Assembly: GCF_026571515.1 (NCBI RefSeq)
Contig: NW_026864778.1
Span: 1-64,000 of the forward strand
DNA from: Ruditapes philippinarum
Lineage: Eukaryota
Direction: 5' to 3'
Length of the DNA stretch: 64,000 nucleotides
Below, one piece after another: positions 55,801 through 64,000 of this stretch. A program made the translations under genes and the position numbers. The notes under the pieces were generated by a model. That model ran no database searches. It saw nothing but the letters and a program-made list of their open reading frames with translations, and was not told the DNA's origin. Each line of letters opens with the position of its first letter. Position 1 is the stretch's first letter.

Positions 55801-55981
55801 ACAATTCACGGATTGGGAAGGATTGCCAATCATCCTGCGGCTCCATCTTCTTCATTGCAGCTTTAGTAATTTTAGAAGATACCTTCCAGCTTGGCCATAA
55901 AGCACATTTTGTTCCATCACGCCATTTGTCCGGAATTACAGCTAAACATTTTTCATCAGTGAATTCAACTAGCACGTACAT
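52870..55981 (-). CDS. DUF4806-type transposon accessory protein, 6 coding exons, 391 aa
   Basis: Exons 55981-55792, 55503-55383, 54770-54460, 54154-53910, 53535-53376 and 53018-52870. All introns are GT-AG, phases are compatible, total 1176 nt with no internal stop. N-terminus MYVLVEF...AVIPDKW...CALWP...YDKVRKKLREAEDESDL; C-terminus YLSLIGG...VRRILSHV...YNWYGKKGK...EWLRTAKDREGG. Confidence 0.85.
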
Positions 55982-57344
55982 TCTAAATGTAGTAACACAA
56001 ACATTCCAACAAACTTTCAAAAGAAAGTGATGAAAATGTACCAATATTTTACAATATAAGTCTTTATTGCTTAGACAAATGGATTCACATTTGCAGATTT
56101 TTTTTATACATATACAGGGCTGTGATTTTCTTAAACTATAAAATGTCAGCACATATCTACCTATTTCATGACACGGTTTTGTTTGCTAATATCTAAACTT
56201 TTACAACAATTTTTAATGATTGTACATGTACATACTTTCCCTTTCCAGAAAGAGACCTAACGAAACATATAAATTAGGTCAAACATAACTACATTCTGAA
56301 TTGCTAAAATTTCTCTTAAGGTTTTTTCCACAGCGTTTTTCCCCCGTAAATAACTGATACCTGCAAACGGCACCCTTCCCAATAGAAAATAAACAGCAAA
56401 TATCCTGAATCATGACTGGTAAACTCCCTAAACAAAACTGAAATTTACCACAAAAATTGGCAAAATTCAAGGTAAAAAAAACCCCCAAAAAAACAGTAAT
56501 GGATGCCTCCATATTTATTAGTGATTTACAATAAAAACCAAGTATAACCACATGAGTAATATTCGTACCCAATTCATTTCGTACTTTCAACATCATTTAT
56601 ATAAAATTTTATCAATTTTTTTTTCAACCTTAAGAAATCATACATGGTTTAAGAGTGTATATTTTACTTAGATTAATGAATATTTTGCATCTTTTGTAAA
56701 ATTCCAAATTTCAGTAAAACCCATGTCAAGTACTGGCACTATTCCAAATGCAGGGAAACTAAACCACTGTTCCATATAGGTTGTTTGTTATACTCCTACG
56801 GATGAGAAAGGGGCCGAATATCTCAAATAAAAAATACTGTAAAACCATGTTGTAAAATGCACAGGAGATTCAATAGAAATTTTTTTATATCTTTTACTTT
56901 AGGATATTTTTGCATAAGGAAAAAACCTTTAATCAGTTGTAAAATATAAGGAAAAAACATCAATTTAACTTGTTTAGCTTCTTAGGAAACACATAAAAGG
57001 CCTCCAAAATGCCTTTATTTCTCATAATCATTTTAATTTTGGTGTATTTATAGTATCCAAAAAGTTACTCTTTGGCCAATTACTGGAACCATCTTTTTCA
57101 TCTGTTGCTTTTTGGAAATAATTTAACTTACAGTGACTAAGTATTTTGTATCGAAGTCAAAATAATACTTTGTGACAAATAACTTCACATTTATCGCTAC
57201 TTTTCAGGTAATAATTAAGCATTTACAAAAATGTAATATCTCTGTAAAACCACTGTTTAACCATTATAAAAATGAATGTTTTCCTTTTTTAAAGAAGTAA
57301 AAATTTATTTAATTCTAAGGCTTAATTAATGTGTAAAAATTACT

Positions 57345-59102
57345 TTATAATGTGTGCAGAAGGGGAATGGTCAAAAACTTTTCCTGGAAAGGTAAGAGAA
57401 CACACTTGAAAACCTCACAAGCTTTGGTAACTTTCATTTCTCCAGTTAGACCAGAAACTACAAAAATTCTAAGGTCAGATGAAAGTAAAGGAATATCAAA
57501 GAAGTTAGAGACATCTCCAAATTCCTCATATATTAGTGACTTTTCTTTGTCAGTACTTTCACAAACTATGTTTCTTATAAGACCAACTTTATCTCCAACT
57601 AAAATGCAATTGTCACCAGTTTTTACAGAAAAGTACACTTCTTTTAACTGCAGTTCTTTGTATTGTTTTTGAAGCCTAACCTGCGGACTGATTGGTCCAT
57701 TAATGTGATTTTTTTTAACAACACCAGATGTTTCAACTTTTTGTCTTTTATTTGGTTGCCAATTACTATTTTCAGACAGTCTTCGTATTACTTGTTGAAG
57801 TGGAAAATTTGGTTTTCTTACAAGTCGTTTCAACTTCCCTAGGAAACTCTCAAATATGAACGCTGAAAAATTATCCAGAACACCATGTTTTTCTACATCA
57901 CCTGCCAAGTGGACTAAATTATGAACATTATAGACAACTGTGTCTTGACCATATATCCTTGCAAAGTCATGCACAAACAAGCGTAGAAGGTCGTTTGCAT
58001 AATTACAATACACACTACAATAAAATGGGCTGGAGAGACAATATATAGCAACAAACAACAACATAAAGTGCTTATAGGTTGAGCGTGAAATAGTGCTGAA
58101 CAGGACGCAAGGACCGGTATAGAGTAAAAACTGTCTGAGTTCTGTTGCTTTCCATCTATCAATCTCATTCAAAGGTCTCCCTTTCCTCAGGAACTCTCGT
58201 GGAAGGTACTTCTGTAAACCTATCAGTTTCTCTGAAATTAAGGCTACAGACCTGGCGGCAATCCTACAATTAGATTCCAGGGGGCCTCTCATCCATAACA
58301 GAAGCAAACGTTTAACAACGCCTAAACATACTAAGTGCATATAATCCAATGGGAATTGTGAGACCATACCAATGGAAAGATTCATTAATGGTGAGCGACC
58401 TAGATGGTGTCCTTCAGAAGACAATTCATTGAACTGAAAATCAGTTCTCAAAGGGGAATCAATTAAAGGAAATGTCATTTTGCCTTTCCAACAACCTTTT
58501 TGCATACACTTATCACATCCATGGTAACCACTGTGACCCTTAATCTGCTTAACATATGCCTTAGCAGGGGCATCACATATAATGGCTGATAAATTCACTT
58601 TCAAATACTGATTTGTTTCTTCTACATGCAAAAGATTCTGTTCAAGATACTGCATTTCTTCAACAAAGTCATGCAAGAATGCATTTACATCCCCTGGCTT
58701 TGAATTGCCTACATAAAGTCCAATTACAAATGGCTCAGATGAAAATGGCTCAACAAGTCTACCTAAAATTGGCCAAAATTGAGTGTTGGAACTCTTGAAT
58801 AAAGGCAAACCATCTATATTAATCTGAATAGACAAACTGTCAGCTGCACAAAAAGAATATGTTGGCTCTTTCAACAAAATTTTTTTTAAGCCTGCAGAGA
58901 TGCCAAAGTGGTGGTAAGATCCGCCATTCATTTCACTGATTTCATACACTTTTTTCGTCCTCAACAAAGTTCGTGGATCTTTGGGGAGAAAGTCATGGTA
59001 GGTACTTAAAATATGTAAAAGTTCATACACTGCAGTGTGTGGAATGCTGAACTTTGTTACCCAACCTGCCAACTTGTCCTTCAGATCAATTTCAATATCA
59101 TC
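57345..59102 (-). CDS. EnSpm/CACTA-type DDE transposase, catalytic portion (interrupted upstream)
   Basis: LPKDPRTLL, INIDGLPLFKSS...FWPIL, ICDAPAKA...KGHSGYHGCDKC, DYMHLVCLGVVKRLL, RWKATELRQFLLY, YNVHNLVHL, FSAFIFESFLG; no stops over 585 aa. Confidence 0.93.
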   Translation of the reverse strand, partial: DDIEIDLKDKLAGWVTKFSIPHTAVYELLHILSTYHDFLPKDPRTLLRTKKVYEISEMNGGSYHHFGISAGLKKILLKEPTYSFCAADSLSIQINIDGLPLFKSSNTQFWPILGRLVEPFSSEPFVIGLYVGNSKPGDVNAFLHDFVEEMQYLEQNLLHVEETNQYLKVNLSAIICDAPAKAYVKQIKGHSGYHGCDKCMQKGCWKGKMTFPLIDSPLRTDFQFNELSSEGHHLGRSPLMNLSIGMVSQFPLDYMHLVCLGVVKRLLLLWMRGPLESNCRIAARSVALISEKLIGLQKYLPREFLRKGRPLNEIDRWKATELRQFLLYTGPCVLFSTISRSTYKHFMLLFVAIYCLSSPFYCSVYCNYANDLLRLFVHDFARIYGQDTVVYNVHNLVHLAGDVEKHGVLDNFSAFIFESFLGKLKRLVRKPNFPLQQVIRRLSENSNWQPNKRQKVETSGVVKKNHINGPISPQVRLQKQYKELQLKEVYFSVKTGDNCILVGDKVGLIRNIVCESTDKEKSLIYEEFGDVSNFFDIPLLSSDLRIFVVSGLTGEMKVTKACEVFKCVLLPFQEKFLTIPLLHTL

Positions 59103-59104
59103 TA

Positions 59105-62100
59105 TTGCCTGCTGCACAGTAAATGGGCCAATTGTGTTAGCATCTAAGTCAAAAAATAAAGTTAAACATACAAGACAATATTTGCTCTTTTTAAGTACCT
59201 TAGGGTGTCTATAACAATATTTTTGGAAAGAAAGGATAACGTTTTGGATACCTTTTTCAAAATATTACATCTTTTGCAGACTGTGCGGGTAGGGGACGGA
59301 TGTTACAAAGATATACTTAAAGTCTGAATATCTTACAGTTTATAATAAAAGTTGTATTATTTCTCTTTATTTTATTAAAATATTATGTGTTCTGATAAAT
59401 GTTACAAAAAAATCCAGAAAATTCATCTTAGATATAAAAATATTTGCTTTCAAATTTTCAGTATTTTTCACACAAAATTAAATTTTCAAACATTTTAGAA
59501 ACAGAGAGAAAAAAACAAGGATAGGTACACCAAATCATACTTAAATCAAATATGCAATCACATTTCTTATAAAACAGTAGAAATTATAGGACTTGCTTAT
59601 GTATATTTCTTGTCAGATAATCCAAAAATGAATTGTATCTGGGGGACGGATGTTACATTTTTGGGGGGACGGATGTTACATTCGATGTTTTAAGCTCATA
59701 GTTCATACTTTTTTTGTTTTTATTTTAAAGTAATGAAATTTATAAGAGTATATGCTTTGTACAGTACAATAAATGTAAAATAACTGAACAAATTATGAGA
59801 AAATTGTAGAAATATACCTGACAATTATGAAGTTTCTTACTATTTGTGTTTCACAATGAAAAGTTGCATTGACTTAGTTTTCTTACACTTATTATCTTAC
59901 ATTTGAATGAACATTGAAATGTTTGGAATAAAATAAAAACATTGCTAATTAAATAAAAGAATCTTTGTTTCCAGATAATGCATTAACGTTAAAGAGAGAA
60001 TGTCATACCAACGGTACCTTTCTATACATGAAATTATTTACAAAATACTTTAGTTAAATATTAATAAGATTTATATTTTTAAAAGATATGATACAGTGTG
60101 AAGTAAATAAGAAGTTTTCAGATTGAAACATATGCAAGCTTGAATTTCTCATTACTAAATACATAAATTATACACAATTAAAAATTTTCATTAAAAATTA
60201 TAAGATTTTAAATTGTTGCAATTAAGTTCTATCGATTTGATGAAATTTTAAGTAAATTAATGTGGAATGTTAGCAGCATTATCCAAAGATTTCATTATGA
60301 TTCAGTATCATAATCTCATTATTTCTAACTTTTAATAATTGTCTTTGTAAATATTTCAGTGTACATGAACTGCTTAACTTAATGAACTAATTTGTCATTC
60401 AATAAAATTTATAGGTGCAAAATAATTTGCCAAGGGTTTATTTACAGAATAATTTTCACAATTATCCCAACTTTTTCATTACAGGAATCCTTACCATATC
60501 CTTTACTTACAAGTTTCTTTCACTTTATTAACAATAATTAAATGGGTCAAATTGTAAGAAAATGTGCTTGAGTTTTTATGGGGAAAAAAATCTAAAAATT
60601 TTAATCAGGGTGTTGAATTATATTTCTTTGTTTAATTTTCATTGACTACATATTTAGCCTATAAATTTTTGAAGTTCAATAAATCCTTTGACTTAATTGA
60701 TCTTCAACTTAAATACTTAATGACAGACATTCTTGAATAAGATATGGTAGTCCCTCCCACTGTTTTTAAGCATAATATATATCACCCTTAATATGCACTC
60801 CTACTGTTTTGTAATATATCATACTTCCCAATATACAATATACACAGCTCCCAATATACAGCTCGTTAACTTCCAATAAAGTGCCAGCCCCTTCTGTGTG
60901 TATAGAGTTAGGATCCATATCCCACTGTTTTATGAGGGGCTGGGATACATGGTTTGTTAACTATTTAAGGCTAAAGAATTTATGTTTAAACAATTGACCA
61001 ATTTTAATCACAAAGATACTTTCAACATCTCTATCGTTTGCACCTTTTTCTATATATCCTGTTATGGATTTTGTGTTTGTTTCCTCTAGTTTTTTTTTTA
61101 ATTGTATTTTATTTGTTGTGTGAAACATTCCTACAGTTGCAAAGCTTACTAACTTCTCTATCATGCATCATAAGAACAAGATAAATTTTGTATTACTGTA
61201 AAAAGAATTTTTAGTTCAATTCTGTAACATCCGTCCCCTTCTGTACTCTTAGTTTGTAAACATAGCATGACAAAAAATTATATTTGTTATAAATTTATAT
61301 AATCTTAAATATTATCTTAATAAACTCATTGGTCCACTTGAGGTTAAAAAATAACATATAAATTTTATTTCCAAGTAAATATTTTTGATTTCAGAGCAAA
61401 AAATACTGATTTTTTTTCAAAATTAAGGAATATAGTGTTCACAAATTTTTTTTTTTTATAAATACATCATTTCAGTGCTTTATTTCTGTTATTTCTTCAT
61501 TTTTCAATGTAACTTTGGTGTTTAAGTGTAAAATTCCCTTTTCAGTTACAGTTTATATGAGATTTAATAAGAACCTTAAATAGGGGGACGGATGTTACGG
61601 GGACAGATGTTACAGACAACTTTTACATTATTGTATTTTTTTTCTCATAAACATAGAAATTGGCAATTTTTGTAACATTTCCATTGTAAGGCTATCATTA
61701 AGCACCAGAAACATTGTTTTTTATGAGTTTTGTTTTAAAATTAGATATTTTATGAGAGGGGGACGGATGTTACAGTTTTTTCATCACAAAATTTTTTTTA
61801 CCACTATAATGCCTACTATGGTAAAATTGTTTGAAAATTTGAATTGAAAGCACTTAACATATGTTTTTAATTCATATTTCATTAGATTGAGACAATAAAG
61901 TACTATTTTATTTGTAACTGCTTAAAGGTATACTTGTTTACTTAACAACTGAATTTTGAAAAAACTGATGCATTACAAAAGTCTGATTTTACTAAAATCA
62001 TCTTAACGATAAAAACCAGGATGATGTATACCAAGTATTATATATCACTGGAAAGGTTATTAAATTTTCTATGTGCATGTAAAAAAATTTAAGTGATAAA

Positions 62101-62370
62101 TTAAAACAGATAATAGTGGTGTTAATTCTAAAAACACCAAAAAAACAGATGCTAACACATTACATGTAAAAATGGACATTTTTAGGGTATAAAAACGTCT
62201 GTATCTTTATTTTGGGTAATGCTATCCCAAAAAAATTTTGGGCACATTTGCTTTATAGTAAGTCCTTTGTAAAAACACAAAAAAATAATAGAAAATGCAA
62301 TATATTTTTTGAAAAAGCCTGCATTACATGTATTTTTGAAAAATTGGCCCATTTACTGTGCAGCAGGCAA
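59105..62370. mobile_element. 3266-bp TIR element with TA target duplication, inserted in the transposase ORF
   Basis: Perfect 29-bp TIR TTGCCTGCTGCACAGTAAATGGGCCAATT (59105-59133; rc at 62342-62370). TA at 59103-59104 and 62371-62372. Seven internal GGGGACRGATGTTAC motifs. Confidence 0.92.
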
Positions 62371-62634
62371 TATGCTTTCTTCTGATGAGGAAGTATCAGA
62401 TATATCATCAAAACTCAATGTTGAATCATCTAAGTTCTGATCAAAATTAATTTGCAAAATTTCATTGTGCTGTCTATCACATGCAGCTTCTCCCACTATG
62501 TCATCAGAAGTTACGTTCGATTGATTACCCTCACTACAATTATTCTGGTCATTTTCACTTGTGTCATTGTAAACAAAATCCATGTGCTCCCTAACATTGG
62601 ATCTAATTTCTCGGTAAGACCTCCAATAGGACAT
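62371..62634 (-). CDS. N-terminal 88 aa of the EnSpm/CACTA transposase
   Basis: MSYWRSYREIRSNVREH...SSSEESI joins in frame to DDIEIDLKDKLAGW when 59105-62370 and one TA are removed. Confidence 0.88.
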
Positions 62635-64000
62635 ACTTGCTTACAATTAGTACAAGGATTATTTGGTTTGCCAAGCTATAGACTACGTATGTGTAGGCAA
62701 TCCAAATCTAGGGTAATCCGAATCACTTCATTTAATTTCTTTTTAATCCAACAAAAACAAAATGATGTTCCAAATGTTTCAATGAATTCAAAGAATCAAT
62801 GCATATAAGTATACAAAATTTAGCACCTGTGTGTAGGGAAATATATGTTTCGTGTGATCCAGAAGTACTTGAATGACAAGTTTTTCAGATAACCTTTGTT
62901 TTAAATGAAGGCTTTAAAATTTTGATCTGCAGTGTATATTTTACATTTCTTTTCTCATGTTGTAGGGTAATCAATTAATAAATTTTCGCGTTGTTTTTCT
63001 ATTTTTACTGCAACAGTAGATCTATAACAGATGGTAATAATGTGATGTTTAAGAAGAAAGAAATGACACCAGTTCCTTTCAGATTATGTCATTTAAATAA
63101 AATATAGCTTTCGATATAAAGGTGATTCTAATTGCCTACACTAACTGTATACCCAGCACTATCACCTTTAAAACAGAAAATGAAAAATAAAAAAATGAAT
63201 GATTATTTTAACCAACTTCCCTGCTCATATTCATATCAATTAAAGAAAAAAATCCAGTAGAAGGGAAAGCATGTACATGCACATTAATAAATTGTGAAAG
63301 TGAAAATTAACAGCAAGTATGCAAAACACAAACATATTTTTTTTTACAAAATAAGATTATAAAAGCGAATATTTAGTACATTCTAACTTTGATGTGCAAA
63401 TGATAAATTATCACTGCCCTGTTAATGCATGTCGCGAAAATATGTAACAAATATTTTCAACCTTGATTTTACATTAAAATCAGACAAACAAATAAATGGT
63501 TTATTTTTCCAATCACTTAAAGTGTTAAAATCAAATAATTAACAATGTTTACACATTTGATAAATCATCATTACTTTAAAATATATATAATTTCATCACC
63601 TTCCTTTGATTAGCTTTTTGGCGCTTGTTCTGTTGAAAGTAGAAATGCAGTGAATATTTGCCAGATTTGCATTTAAATTATAATTGAAGAGTGTTTTTTA
63701 TGTGCTTAGAAAATAAATATTGAATTCAATTACAAACAACATATCATTTTAAAACTCAGCTAAAATTATTTTATAAATTCATATCAAAATGTACAATTAT
63801 TTGCTGCATGGTAATCAAGGGAGGGAATAAACCTAACAGAATTCCCTCCCTTGTCTACTACAAAAAACCGGACAGTAAGACAGTACGTAAATATAATAAG
63901 TAAAGAACAACGGTGTTTCATTGGAATTAATTTATTTCATAATATTTCAACGATTTAACAAAATATGGATATGTGACAGAAAACGCAATATCGTACCGAT

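Larger units (their letters stand above)
49448..64000 (-). mobile_element. Animal EnSpm/CACTA (CMC superfamily) transposon; the second end lies beyond the window
   Basis: Terminus CCCAGCCAACATT at 49448 followed by a dense subterminal repeat array. It contains a co-oriented transposase and DUF4806 gene. The last window bases (AATATCGTACCGAT) resemble the subterminal motif. Confidence 0.8.

Noticed and set aside
59115-59160. CACAGTA...CAAAAA inside the nested TIR resembles an RSS or Transib end
   Set aside because: The CAC lies 10 bp inside the inverted repeat and has no 5-bp direct TSD. Only the outer TA boundary restores the host ORF.
60720-61164. Decayed coding sequence inside the nested TIR element (ORF 60961-61164)
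   Set aside because: Short, interrupted by stops and without a motif I can recognise; TBLASTX would be needed.
59118-62352. Treating the gap between the two transposase ORFs as an ordinary intron
   Set aside because: The GT and AG sites at the ends are phase-incompatible (donor phase 2; acceptors phase 0 or 1), and the ends are perfect TIRs with a TA duplication.

Overview
AT-rich, intron-containing eukaryotic DNA. The repeat families suggest an invertebrate, probably a bivalve mollusc (inference). There are two assembly gaps. Host genes are a two-exon Hmx/NK5 homeobox gene on the minus strand (29898-31551) and a convergent 423-aa orphan ORF with SILK and RVxF motifs on the plus strand (27696-28967). 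The non-coding DNA around them is built from duplicated enhancer-like modules. One module occurs four times in nested tandem duplications at 2.7-15.3 kb. The region upstream of Hmx (34.3-40.5 kb) has an inverted, circularly permuted, terminally redundant copy at 18.3-20.8 kb. From 49448 to the window end lies an animal EnSpm/CACTA-type transposon with an intact 6-exon DUF4806 accessory gene and a DDE transposase. The transposase ORF is split by a 3.27-kb TA-flanked TIR element; removing it restores a single 673-aa ORF. Several MITEs, SINEs, Helitron-like non-autonomous elements and a LINE remnant are also present. All alignments were done by eye; no searches were run.
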